IMG/VR virus record: IMGVR_UViG_3300033144_005375
Coordinates: 18,296 to 82,295 of that record
Origin: a virus
Length of the DNA stretch: 64,000 bases
Direction: 5' to 3' (one strand)
Below, one piece after another: positions 9,501 through 19,271 of the stretch (position 1 is its first letter; each line of letters begins with the position of its first letter). The notes under the pieces were generated by a model, which saw nothing but the letters and a program-made list of their open reading frames with translations, searched no databases and was not told the DNA's origin. The position numbers and the translations under genes were made by a program.

Positions 9501-10139
9501 TCATCCTTTTGAAAAAATGCTGAAAGACGCGTAGCGAATCTCGGCAGAGGTTGCGGCGGTAACCATCTCCCCCTCGACAAAATATCGCTGAAGATCGAGG
9601 ACTGGATCGGTGTTTGAAATCATCGTGAACGGCACCCAAACGCCCGCAGTGTCGGGCTGCACGAAGTCTGCCGAAAGCGGCACGGTCGGATTGCCGGGCT
9701 CGTCGTCGCCCATCATAAGGCGCAGATTGCAATCGCCGCCCGCTACCTTGATCTCCCCCGTAACGCTACCCACTGCATCCGCCGGATCGTCGAACCAAGT
9801 CAAAAGTCTACTGCGCAAACCGTCCAGGACGACGGTTGTTGTTGTCGTGAGCGTCGCCTCGGTAACAAAGCGAGAAGCCTGAAAAACGAAGGTCAACGGC
9901 TTATCGACTTCGACGAGAACCGGGTCGGGCACCGCGTCTCGGTCGACGTGCCATTGCTTATGGTTAGCCGCGTCAACGTAAGCGGTCCAGGCCGTATCGA
10001 TCCCAGCGTAGCCCGTCACGGGCACAGCATGCTCGTTCTCAAATTGTGTCACCGCAGTGGCCACGTCTGCGCGCTTTCGAAATTCCTCTACCCGCACGGT
10101 ACCTCCCGCGCCTGCGTCGTTATAGATTGCGACCCACAT
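9501..10139 (-). CDS. Putative virion or tail-fibre-associated protein
   Basis: Coupled to the upstream gene (TGATG); beta-rich composition. Confidence 0.6.
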   Translation of the reverse strand: MWVAIYNDAGAGGTVRVEEFRKRADVATAVTQFENEHAVPVTGYAGIDTAWTAYVDAANHKQWHVDRDAVPDPVLVEVDKPLTFVFQASRFVTEATLTTTTTVVLDGLRSRLLTWFDDPADAVGSVTGEIKVAGGDCNLRLMMGDDEPGNPTVPLSADFVQPDTAGVWVPFTMISNTDPVLDLQRYFVEGEMVTAATSAEIRYASFSIFSKG

Positions 10140-10804
10140 CACGAAGGCTCCATGATGAAGTACATTGTGCATTCTCCCGGTTTATCATCATCGTCGTATT
10201 CAATTTCCACGTAATCCCCCGCCACCACACTCACACTGATCGTTTCCACGCCGCCAAAGTTTGCGTTGATGTTGGCGAGCACGACGGTCGCTTCCACGGA
10301 CCCGTTGATGTGGACCTTCATTTGGGTCGTACTGGTCGCCTCCTTCGTTTTGTAGACTAACTTAGTCAGCGTCCCGGTGAGCCCGATCGGCTGGCGGGTT
10401 TTCGGCTTTGTGGAATCATCAGCATCGCTTGATTTCCCATTAGCGACTAGAAATTTGGTTGTACTGTCACTTTTGGCTCCAAAGGGACAGCACGCAATGC
10501 GGTCAGTTCCTCCTCCTCCTCCGTTAGCTATCGACGCAGCATCCTCGGGGCTCGGGATGTTTGCAAAAACGTAATCCGTGTCAAACACAAGGATCTCGCC
10601 GGTCTGTGAGCTGGTCAATTCGACGACGACCTCATTGCGCGGGTCACCGATAGATGGCGCGACCGTATTTATGAGGTCGTTCCGCGCGGCGTTTCCAATT
10701 CGCACGATGATCCCGACCTGCATGCGCCCAAGGTTGTGGGTCACCGTGATGCTACTGACCCCAGAAAAGGTCTGCGAAAACAAAGGATAGAACTGGCCTG
10801 CCAT
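10139..10804 (-). CDS. Putative virion protein
   Basis: SITVTHNLG motif common in phage minor structural proteins, a Gly linker and a beta-sandwich-like C-terminus. Confidence 0.6.
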   Translation of the reverse strand: MAGQFYPLFSQTFSGVSSITVTHNLGRMQVGIIVRIGNAARNDLINTVAPSIGDPRNEVVVELTSSQTGEILVFDTDYVFANIPSPEDAASIANGGGGGTDRIACCPFGAKSDSTTKFLVANGKSSDADDSTKPKTRQPIGLTGTLTKLVYKTKEATSTTQMKVHINGSVEATVVLANINANFGGVETISVSVVAGDYVEIEYDDDDKPGECTMYFIMEPS

Positions 10805-13360
10805 TTATAGAGTCCCTCCGTCGCTGAAGGCGACGCCTTCAAGGATCATCGTCCACATCGTTAGATCCTGATTCGGCGTTCCGTCCGAATCTAGCTCGAA
10901 CCGAATCATCACCAGATCGCCGCCGTAATATCCATTAATGTCAAAAGAGCCAAAAACCATTGAAAGAGCAAAATTGCTGGTCGTGGTCGTTCCCGTTAGC
11001 GCTGTCGGGCCAATGGCCTGACCCGCATTTGCGGTCAGCGTGTCGGTGTTGGCGAGCACCCGAGGAATGGGCACGAGTCCGCCTGACGGGTCGGCAACAC
11101 CTACCCCTTGCACTTCCACCGGGAGCACAGAAACAGTCCCGGTTGGCGCGGTGGTCACGGGCTGCGAACCCGTAACCGAATACACCGGGGTTATTTTCAA
11201 AGGGAACGCGGTGCAGAGACCCTCGGGGAGAACCAACTGAGTATATATGGCGTCCCCTGAGCTGTTCATCCGGCTGTTTGGCGCATTCTGCGTCCACCCT
11301 GTCGGCAACCCTCCGCTGCCAACAATGATGTTTCCTGATTGGACGCCGCCGCTCTCACCGAAGACGTTTCCTCCGATGATCAGCGTTTTTCGCCAAAGGG
11401 CCAAACCTAACGCACGACGACGACCCAATTTGTTGAGTTGGACGTGGCTCGGAGAAAGCCAAACCGTCTCGAAAGTCGGAAGCGTGGTGACCGTGCCGGT
11501 GATCCTCCACCGGACCCAATAGGACGGGCCGATCACAGTGCCAGCCCCGTCCACCGTGGCGAGCCCCCACGTCGTCTCCGTGTCTATTCCGTACTGGAGA
11601 AACTCGCTAGACGCTGCGCGCAGGAATACGTCGCTCGAATAGCGGTAGGTCTCGACCTCTGACGATGCCTGTACACCCACGCCTACCCACGCCGCGCCGT
11701 CCCATATCTCGATGGCGTATGTGCCATCGACGCCTGCCGCCACTTGAGCGACCTTGGCGCCCCAGTGTTTCAAGGCTGCGCCGGCCGTTGTCTCGCGCGA
11801 CGAAGCGAAGTAGATCGCGTTACCAACTCCGACCCCTTGGAATGTCAGCGTCGAACCCGATCGGCTCTGCGCCGCTGCCGTCTCGTCGGTCTGCGATCCG
11901 CCGGTCACAACTGACCCGACCATCGTCTCGCTGCCGTCCGTCGATATGACTTTTATCCCGTCAGAATAGGACGATCCTTCTCCGACCAGCAGGGCCGACC
12001 CGAGTTCGGGGAATCCCGTCACTAGGTCCGCACCGACAACGCGAGACTCAGCGTCCCGCGTGGACGTGAGCGTCTGGTGGAAAGTGGCGTTTAGCTGCAT
12101 TGTCCCGATGGCGGCGGACGGAAAACTAAACAGCGGCTGCACCGTCGTGCCGCTCACCGTAATCGACGTACCTACCCCGGTGAGCGCGGGGTCGACCAGC
12201 AGACTTACGACCGTCGGGTCGATTTTTCCGCCGATCACCGTGACGGCTACGCCGTCCGAGGCAATATGGGCTCCTACGGGAATCCCGAACCAGTTCGGGC
12301 TGTAGATGATGCAGGTCGATGTTCCTGCTACGTGGATGCAATCACCCACGTTGGAGTTGCCGACGTTATGCGCCTGGCCTTGAAATCGTCCAGTGCCCTC
12401 CGTCAACGTGACGTTAGCGATCGTGCCCGCCGACTGTGGAACGTGGACATCATCAAGGGCAAGCACTGCCGCGCTCACGCGTAACAGATTCGTCATGCCT
12501 CCAAGCGAGCACCTTATGTTTCCACCTACGACCTTGCCCGTCCCCGTCTTGACGAGGCCATCGCCTGAGCCCGTCGCCCCGTCGCCTCGAAAATCTAGGT
12601 TATACACAGTGCCGGTGCCGGCGCTGTGGGCAACGCCTGCCACTGATGCCGTGGTCGGCACCGTGACGGCGAATCCTTGCATGTAGCTGCCATCCAATAG
12701 CGTGATCACGTGCGAGACCGCAGCGGCATCGCCTAGGGTGGTGACGAGGAAACTACCCTCGCCGATTAGTGACACCCCCACGGGTACTGTGAGGCCGGAT
12801 TCGGCATAGGTCCCAGGCCGCACCATCACCACGTCCCCGGATGTGGATGCCGTGAGAGCTGCGCCGATCGTCAGCCACGGCAGATCGAATCGATCTGATG
12901 TGGCCGTGCCATCGTTGCCAGCCTTGTCGACCCAATTGATCGACGTGGTAGTGATTGCAGGCGGTGGGCCTGCGGGCACCCAAACGGCTGCGCCATTGGT
13001 CGCATCCACACAGATGTAGGCCGAATCGTTTGTGGTGTCGATCCACATCGACTTTACGCGGTAGCCGGCGTCCGCATCGTCATTGACGGTAGGGGCTGCC
13101 GCCGCCGAATCATTGTCGAGCACGCGGTCATACCCGATGTAAGCCTTGGACTGCTCCTCCGTAAGCACTACGGCGTCCACGGTGAGGGTGATGTCTCCCG
13201 CGTCGATAAAAGCGTTGAGTTCGGGGTCGTTCACCACGTCATCAACAAGCACGCTGTCCGTTGCCAGAATGCTGCCGCTGGCGGGCACGTCGATCCCAAG
13301 CTGTACGAGTGGGATGAGCGACGCCGTGGCGTTATCTAGTTGAATAGCTGGGTTCGACAT
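10805..13360 (-). CDS. Tail fibre or spike protein with a pectin-lyase-like beta-helix
   Basis: PTVNDD..GYxVxSxWxDT and AVW fibre motifs; WVDKAGND...PWLTIGAAL...GDVVMVRPGTYAE is a beta-helix N-cap. Confidence 0.7.
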   Translation of the reverse strand: MSNPAIQLDNATASLIPLVQLGIDVPASGSILATDSVLVDDVVNDPELNAFIDAGDITLTVDAVVLTEEQSKAYIGYDRVLDNDSAAAAPTVNDDADAGYRVKSMWIDTTNDSAYICVDATNGAAVWVPAGPPPAITTTSINWVDKAGNDGTATSDRFDLPWLTIGAALTASTSGDVVMVRPGTYAESGLTVPVGVSLIGEGSFLVTTLGDAAAVSHVITLLDGSYMQGFAVTVPTTASVAGVAHSAGTGTVYNLDFRGDGATGSGDGLVKTGTGKVVGGNIRCSLGGMTNLLRVSAAVLALDDVHVPQSAGTIANVTLTEGTGRFQGQAHNVGNSNVGDCIHVAGTSTCIIYSPNWFGIPVGAHIASDGVAVTVIGGKIDPTVVSLLVDPALTGVGTSITVSGTTVQPLFSFPSAAIGTMQLNATFHQTLTSTRDAESRVVGADLVTGFPELGSALLVGEGSSYSDGIKVISTDGSETMVGSVVTGGSQTDETAAAQSRSGSTLTFQGVGVGNAIYFASSRETTAGAALKHWGAKVAQVAAGVDGTYAIEIWDGAAWVGVGVQASSEVETYRYSSDVFLRAASSEFLQYGIDTETTWGLATVDGAGTVIGPSYWVRWRITGTVTTLPTFETVWLSPSHVQLNKLGRRRALGLALWRKTLIIGGNVFGESGGVQSGNIIVGSGGLPTGWTQNAPNSRMNSSGDAIYTQLVLPEGLCTAFPLKITPVYSVTGSQPVTTAPTGTVSVLPVEVQGVGVADPSGGLVPIPRVLANTDTLTANAGQAIGPTALTGTTTTSNFALSMVFGSFDINGYYGGDLVMIRFELDSDGTPNQDLTMWTMILEGVAFSDGGTL

Positions 13361-13361
13361 A

Positions 13362-14351
13362 TCACGCCCTCCATTTCACACGGGTCCAGACAATCCCGTT
13401 GCTCAATTGGTTTACTCCGTCATTACGCATCCCCAAAACACCACCCTGACTGAAATCGTCGTTGAGCGTCGTGTCCTGACCAGAGACGGCGGTTGAGGCC
13501 ACCGATGAAATCGTGATGCCGTCTTCAGTTACAGCAAAACTGGCGGCATCCGTGTCCGAACGCGTGTACGCAAGGCTCACCACCGTCCCGTCAAACATAG
13601 CCGTGTATCCACGCGTAGAAGACATACGGAGAGTCCCGACCTGAAAGTAAGACCCGCTGTTGAGACCCCCTTGATCAGAAGCATTGAGAATGCAGGTTTC
13701 GACGCTCAACCATTTTGAGCGGCTGCCGTCGTAACGCATTTCCATTTCAAGGACCGTATTGTAGTAACGGTCTCCTTCCGCCGGGGCTGGAGCTGTTGGA
13801 TCAGTTGCAGAATCCGCGTAATGCTTGGGACCGTTGACTTGAACAATGCCGCTGTCCCCTGTCCCGAAACCCGAACCAGGATTGATGACAACATCCCCAC
13901 CATCGTTGTTACCGGCAGTGGCATTACCAGCCGTAATGGGGAGGTCACCCCCAGCTCCGGCTCCGTTATCTTCCCCAACGATGGAATCTCCACTGGAAAT
14001 CTCCGCGTCCGTCCCCCCAGTTGAATTTCCAATGGCGAGAACAGCGGACCAAGCAGGCGTGGTGCCAGAACTGGTGAGCAACTGGGACCACCCAGTGGTC
14101 GTCCCATCCGTATTGACCCACGTTTGACCTGTAGACGCCAACGTCCGTTGGTAGATGTCTCCTTCGTTGCCAGCCAGGAGAGCGACGTTAGGATCTGCGG
14201 TCCCCCTCTTGATATTGTCCGCTGTGAGAACACCGCCGGACTGAAGGGTGAGATCGACCGAAATGAACAAGTCATCGGACGACACGTCGATGGTGCGGTT
14301 AAGCCCCAACGTGTCGTCATTGATGACGAGGTTATCGATCTGGTTCGCCAT
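13362..14351 (-). CDS. Tail fibre-like protein
   Basis: Gly/Thr-rich; contains PAEGDRYYNT...MRYDGSRSKW. Confidence 0.6.
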   Translation of the reverse strand: MANQIDNLVINDDTLGLNRTIDVSSDDLFISVDLTLQSGGVLTADNIKRGTADPNVALLAGNEGDIYQRTLASTGQTWVNTDGTTTGWSQLLTSSGTTPAWSAVLAIGNSTGGTDAEISSGDSIVGEDNGAGAGGDLPITAGNATAGNNDGGDVVINPGSGFGTGDSGIVQVNGPKHYADSATDPTAPAPAEGDRYYNTVLEMEMRYDGSRSKWLSVETCILNASDQGGLNSGSYFQVGTLRMSSTRGYTAMFDGTVVSLAYTRSDTDAASFAVTEDGITISSVASTAVSGQDTTLNDDFSQGGVLGMRNDGVNQLSNGIVWTRVKWRA

Positions 14352-14357
14352 TCAGAC

Positions 14358-14573
14358 TCACTTCACCTTGCTTGTTCCTGCAACTTCGACAGCTTTAACT
14401 GTCACTCCCCAACCCACATCCTTCTGATCCCCACCAAGGTGTTGACCCACCAACGCCCCCAGCCGACGCCGCGAGTAGCGGGCCAACATCCCTGTGATGT
14501 TGGCCTTCTCTTTGGCGGTGAGTTCCGCCTTATCCGGCTCGACTTCAAACTCGACTGTGAGTGTTACTTTCAT
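14358..14573 (-). CDS. Small hypothetical protein
   Basis: GGAG RBS; fits the gap between neighbours. Confidence 0.6.
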   Translation of the reverse strand: MKVTLTVEFEVEPDKAELTAKEKANITGMLARYSRRRLGALVGQHLGGDQKDVGWGVTVKAVEVAGTSKVK

Positions 14574-14584
14574 GGTTCAAACTC

Positions 14585-17467
14585 CTATGGGCGGACAGCA
14601 ATGAACTGTGGCTGGAACAGGACCAGCGGAGAGGTGTCAGCCCCGTCCGCACCCTGGAGGATGCCCAGGAGGTAGATGACGTTGCCGGACCCCGTGGGGG
14701 CCGTCAGCGTGGCTTCTCCGGCCGTAGCGCTGACGAAGACAGGACTTCCATTGCTGGCAGCAGCCGGTGCCGCGGCGAAAGACATCGCCACCAGAGAGCC
14801 TGCTACGGTGAAGACTTTGACCGGAGTGGTGTCGGCGGCTGTGAAAGCAACGATGCCGACAGCCAGGCCATCCAGGGTCGTACCCGTATTAGAATCCGCC
14901 AAAATGGCATCACCTGTGGTGGCTTCGATGGTCACAATGTCTCCCACCGTAAGGGCCTCACCTGCGGTAAGGGTGAGTCCGGCACCACTTGCCACGATGT
15001 CAACGAACTGACCCATATCAACGGACGGAGAGGCCGCCGTTGAGTCAAACGTCATGTACGTGTTCGCACCATCGTCGATCACCATTGCCGTTGAGTTGGC
15101 AGCTTCAAATGTGACCGTGATGTCGTCAGCCGAATTGATGTCAATCGTGCCCGACGTGGTGGTTTCCAGGGTCAGGCTGGCAGCAGCAACCGAGAAGTTC
15201 GATGCGGCACCAGCGTCGAGAGAGATGGCCTCCGTGCCAGATACATCGAAATCACCTTCAGCAGCCGAAGTGGTGATCGTGTTTCCAGCCACATACGCCT
15301 CTTGCAAGGTCTCAGTCGTATCCCCTGTTGCAATCTGCTCCCAAGTTGAGCCGTCATCTCCCGCACCGTTGGCATCCACCTGAATGTACGCACGACCACC
15401 AGTTGCAGCAGTCGTTCCGTCGTTGAAGAAGAACACCGAACCAGCAGTTGCTGTGTGACTCGGCACCGTAGACCCGGCATAGAGGTCAGAGTTACCTCCA
15501 CCCCCACTGCCCGTCAGGCCCAGCATGATCTCATCGGCATCGAATGCCCCGGTGATGTCCACGCTTCCGTGAACACCGGTCGTGAAACCATCGCCGGGCG
15601 CCAGGGTGATGCTCGCACCATCCGCAGTGCCAGCCGTCGAGCTACCTGCGGTAATGGTGATGTCGTTACCCGAGGCATCAGCCAGGTCAGCGGTATCCAC
15701 CGTGACGGTCGTGCCGGCGTTGATGTCTACGGTCGTGGCCGCTGTGACATCTACCTCGGCTGCCGAAGACAGAAGCAAATCACCACTTGTTGCGGTGGAG
15801 ACCGTCAGGTTGCCGCTTGTGGCTGTGACATTGGATACCCCAGTACCGTCAATGCTGAAAGCGCCCGTCGACAACATGTCGAACGTGCCCGTCACGTCGA
15901 TGTCCATACCCGCACCAGCGTTCATGTCCACCAGAGCGACACCATCAAGGAGAAGCGTTCCACTGGTTGTGGTGCTCAGGGTCAGGGAAGCCGCATCAAC
16001 CGTGAAATTGGAGGCGCTAGAAGCATCAAGGCTGATTGCCTCAGTACCAGAAACATCCAGAGAACCATTTACAGCATCCGTGACGATGGTATTGCCCGCC
16101 ACGTAGGAGAGCTGAAGCGAATTGCCAGCACCCGTGCCTACAACGGTCCAAGCCGTCGCAGCGGCACCGGTCTTGATGTACATTTCACCGGAAGTGCCGG
16201 CGTTTGCAACATCGCGGTGATAGATCGATCCGACAACGGCTGCGACGCCTGCGGCGGCCGTTGGGTCAACCCCACCAACGAAAACGCTGTAACTGTCTCC
16301 GCCCGTGCCGGAGTTCGTGTAAGTAGCAAACGCCGTCACCTGATCCACGGTGGAGTCAAACGTGAAAGCGCCTGTGCCCGCATCGAAGTTCACCGAAGTA
16401 GCGCCTGTGACGTTACCCATCGTGATGGTTCGTGCTGCGGCCCCAGTGCCGATGTCGATAGCAAAAGCGTCAGCATCGTTTCCGATGCTCAAAGCTCCAG
16501 CCGAAGAGTTGATCTCAACTCCGTCGATGCCATCAATCAGGGCGCTGCCTGATGTGGTCGTCGAAAGCGTTAAATCCCCGGCGTCTACGGTGACGTTTGA
16601 TGCTGCCGTACCGTCGATGGAGAACCCATTGGTCCCCGTCATCTGAACATCAAAAATCGTGCTATCGAAATCGAACGGGGAATCGAGATCGATCCCACCC
16701 GAAGTCGTGATGACGAAAGTTTCGGTGCCGGCAAAAGTGACGTTGCCTTCACCCGCCGAGGTGGTGATGGTGTTGCCTTGGATATAGGCTTCCTGAAGGT
16801 CCACCACCCCCTGCATCGTGATGGTCGTGTACGTGAGGCCCGTGGTCGTGGCCCCTGTGTACGACTCCCAATCTCCACTGGAGTTGCCACGCAAGACGTT
16901 GACGTTGACGAGTGTGATCCCGCCCGCGACCGTCGTGTCCGTCACAAAATCGTTCGTGAACCAATCCTGTGTATTGGCGAAAGTTCCCAGACCGCGAATC
17001 GTGAGGACATTGGCGGCATGGCTCTCGACCTCAAAAAGACCATCGTTGGAGGGGTTATCCGCCCCATCCACCTGGATGATGTCACCCGCCGAGAAAGTCG
17101 CACCACCCGTCGTACTCACCGTTGCATTCGCAGCGCCCGCACGCGCAACGAAACCAGTAGCCGCCACCGTGTCGGTCGTCGCGGTCGGCAGCACGTTGAC
17201 GACAAAACCGCCAGTTTGCGCCACAGCAACGGTGTAGTCCGCATTCAGGTACAGATGGTTGTCTCTGATGTTGACTGCTTCGGAGTGGACCGTGAAAGTC
17301 GTACCGTTGACGGTCAAATTCCCGGCGATGACCACACTCGCCCCGGACACCCACGCCCAGTCATTGCTGGTTTCGATGATGTCAGGTGTTCCTCCCGTCT
17401 CAGGAGTCCGAGACAGACCTGTCGTAAGATCTAAAAGGAGAAGGTTATCGGTTTGTGTGCCAGCCAT
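14585..17467 (-). CDS. Long tail fibre-like protein
   Basis: 960 aa, Thr/Gly/Ala-rich, three LQxxYxxGNTIxT repeats; C-terminal domain shared with the adjacent gene. Confidence 0.7.
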   Translation of the reverse strand: MAGTQTDNLLLLDLTTGLSRTPETGGTPDIIETSNDWAWVSGASVVIAGNLTVNGTTFTVHSEAVNIRDNHLYLNADYTVAVAQTGGFVVNVLPTATTDTVAATGFVARAGAANATVSTTGGATFSAGDIIQVDGADNPSNDGLFEVESHAANVLTIRGLGTFANTQDWFTNDFVTDTTVAGGITLVNVNVLRGNSSGDWESYTGATTTGLTYTTITMQGVVDLQEAYIQGNTITTSAGEGNVTFAGTETFVITTSGGIDLDSPFDFDSTIFDVQMTGTNGFSIDGTAASNVTVDAGDLTLSTTTSGSALIDGIDGVEINSSAGALSIGNDADAFAIDIGTGAAARTITMGNVTGATSVNFDAGTGAFTFDSTVDQVTAFATYTNSGTGGDSYSVFVGGVDPTAAAGVAAVVGSIYHRDVANAGTSGEMYIKTGAAATAWTVVGTGAGNSLQLSYVAGNTIVTDAVNGSLDVSGTEAISLDASSASNFTVDAASLTLSTTTSGTLLLDGVALVDMNAGAGMDIDVTGTFDMLSTGAFSIDGTGVSNVTATSGNLTVSTATSGDLLLSSAAEVDVTAATTVDINAGTTVTVDTADLADASGNDITITAGSSTAGTADGASITLAPGDGFTTGVHGSVDITGAFDADEIMLGLTGSGGGGNSDLYAGSTVPSHTATAGSVFFFNDGTTAATGGRAYIQVDANGAGDDGSTWEQIATGDTTETLQEAYVAGNTITTSAAEGDFDVSGTEAISLDAGAASNFSVAAASLTLETTTSGTIDINSADDITVTFEAANSTAMVIDDGANTYMTFDSTAASPSVDMGQFVDIVASGAGLTLTAGEALTVGDIVTIEATTGDAILADSNTGTTLDGLAVGIVAFTAADTTPVKVFTVAGSLVAMSFAAAPAAASNGSPVFVSATAGEATLTAPTGSGNVIYLLGILQGADGADTSPLVLFQPQFIAVRP

Positions 17468-17479
17468 GGTCTTGTTCCT

Positions 17480-19168
17480 TTATCGGCGTTGCGCGATGAA
17501 CTGAGGACGGAACACGACGGTTGGAGTCGTCGTGGCTCCGTCGGCACCTTGCAAGGTGCCGATGGTGAAAATCGTATTGCCCGAAGTGGTGGGCGGGGTG
17601 GGGGTTGCGAATCCTGAAATTGCTGAGATAAAAACGAGGCTTCCGTTCAACGCTCCTGCGGGAGCGGCGCTGAATCTCACAACCGGGCAAGTGCCTGATT
17701 TGGTGACAACCTCTACAGAGGCACCTAGAAGAACGGTCTCGTTTGCGACGCCAATCACCTCCCAATTAGCCCCGGCAATAGAGGAATCCGCGCGGATGGC
17801 ATCTCCTGCGGCGTCGAGAGCCACCAGATCCCCTATTGTGAGGGCTTCTCCGGCAGTAAAGGTCTTGACCTCCAGATTGCCGAGCGCGTTATCGAGGCCC
17901 GCCAGGTGCGCCGTCAGTTCTTCAACACTCGTGACTTCCGGGGGAGTGGTGTCTCGCGTGTAATTCGTCGGGATATACGTGATGTCGAGGATGTCCCCGT
18001 CAATCTCGTCCGTTCCATTGTGAACATGTGTGGGGGCATGAGGCGCAGGGATCGGATTGCCGAAACTCAGGATCCCAAAACTGTCCGTGATGATGGCTTG
18101 CCCCGCGGTGCCGTCCGCATTCGGCCAAGTCAGCCCATCAATGATCACATTGTCACCAACGCCGGCTCCTGGATCGAGCACCAGATCGGTAACACCGATG
18201 ATGCTGTCCCCAGTGGACACGCTAATGTTAGTGCCTCCTGTGACGTTCCCTAGTATGAGCGTCTGAGCCAGAGTCTCTCCGCCACCACCACCACCAGGGA
18301 TGGTGATGTCCACGGCACCAGCACCCGCCGTGCTTGCGGTGACTCCAGCGCCAATGAAATCGAACGACGTGACCGCAGCATCGACAAGGACACCTTCGTC
18401 GAACACCGCAACCGAACCGCCCCCACCACCTCCAGCGTTGGGGAAGAACTGGCCGCCGATGTAACCGAAGACGTTGGTCCCGAAACCCCCAACATCCCCT
18501 GTCGAGTTGAACTGGGAAACGACCCGACCTTCGGTGAGGCACAGATTGATCCCCGTGAGCGTAACCAAAGGGAGAGGAGCTCCCGTTGGGAGGGGAACTT
18601 CAATGAGGTAAGAGCCCGGATCAGCACCACTCAAACCGTCCCCTGGAATGGCTGCCGAGATGACGTACTCGCCGTCGAACTCCCGATACGCAGCCGGCAC
18701 CCCTGGGGCCGAGAACCCAGTGATGGTGACGGGCTCGCCGACCATGAACCCGATCGAGTCAAGGAGGGTGGGGATCACGTTGTCGGGAATGACGAACCGA
18801 AGCGTCTCCGCCCCTCGTTCGACATTGAGAACCGCAGGCCGGAGGGCTTGCCCCGTTCCTGCTGGGCCGCCACAATTCCCTTTGTCACGAAACTGGAGGA
18901 TGATCTCCGTCGTGATCAGCCCCTGCTTTGTGAAAATGCAGATGTCCCCTTCGTGCCAGGACACGAAAGTGCGCGTGGACATGGGGATGTCCACCGGTGG
19001 CAACGTCGTACCGGCGCCAAACGGAATTGGAACCGCTCGAGTACGATTCTTCTGAATCGTGATCTCGTCGAGATCGTAAAGAGTCACCGACGCCGGATTA
19101 GGGCGCCCGTCGGCGTAGACCCCTGTGTGGGTACACCGGACGATCAGAACGGCGACAATGTTGCTCAT
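17480..19168 (-). CDS. Tail fibre or decoration-like protein
   Basis: HAPTHxxxGTDEI motif; the C-terminal TAGEALTIGD...FRPQFIA domain is paralogous to 14585-17467. Confidence 0.65.
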   Translation of the reverse strand: MSNIVAVLIVRCTHTGVYADGRPNPASVTLYDLDEITIQKNRTRAVPIPFGAGTTLPPVDIPMSTRTFVSWHEGDICIFTKQGLITTEIILQFRDKGNCGGPAGTGQALRPAVLNVERGAETLRFVIPDNVIPTLLDSIGFMVGEPVTITGFSAPGVPAAYREFDGEYVISAAIPGDGLSGADPGSYLIEVPLPTGAPLPLVTLTGINLCLTEGRVVSQFNSTGDVGGFGTNVFGYIGGQFFPNAGGGGGGSVAVFDEGVLVDAAVTSFDFIGAGVTASTAGAGAVDITIPGGGGGGETLAQTLILGNVTGGTNISVSTGDSIIGVTDLVLDPGAGVGDNVIIDGLTWPNADGTAGQAIITDSFGILSFGNPIPAPHAPTHVHNGTDEIDGDILDITYIPTNYTRDTTPPEVTSVEELTAHLAGLDNALGNLEVKTFTAGEALTIGDLVALDAAGDAIRADSSIAGANWEVIGVANETVLLGASVEVVTKSGTCPVVRFSAAPAGALNGSLVFISAISGFATPTPPTTSGNTIFTIGTLQGADGATTTPTVVFRPQFIAQRR

Positions 19169-19214
19169 GAGAGGGTCCGAAGGCGGGATACACGAATCCC
19201 TACCTACGCCCTGC

Positions 19215-19229
19215 TATCGAGCGAAAACC
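19215..19229 (-). promoter_or_regulatory. Putative late promoter motif
   Basis: GGTTTTCGCTCGATA upstream of the 19168 start. Confidence 0.5.
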
Positions 19230-19271
19230 GAGCAAAACGGCCCTTGCGGGCCAGGCGCATTCTAGAGCGAC

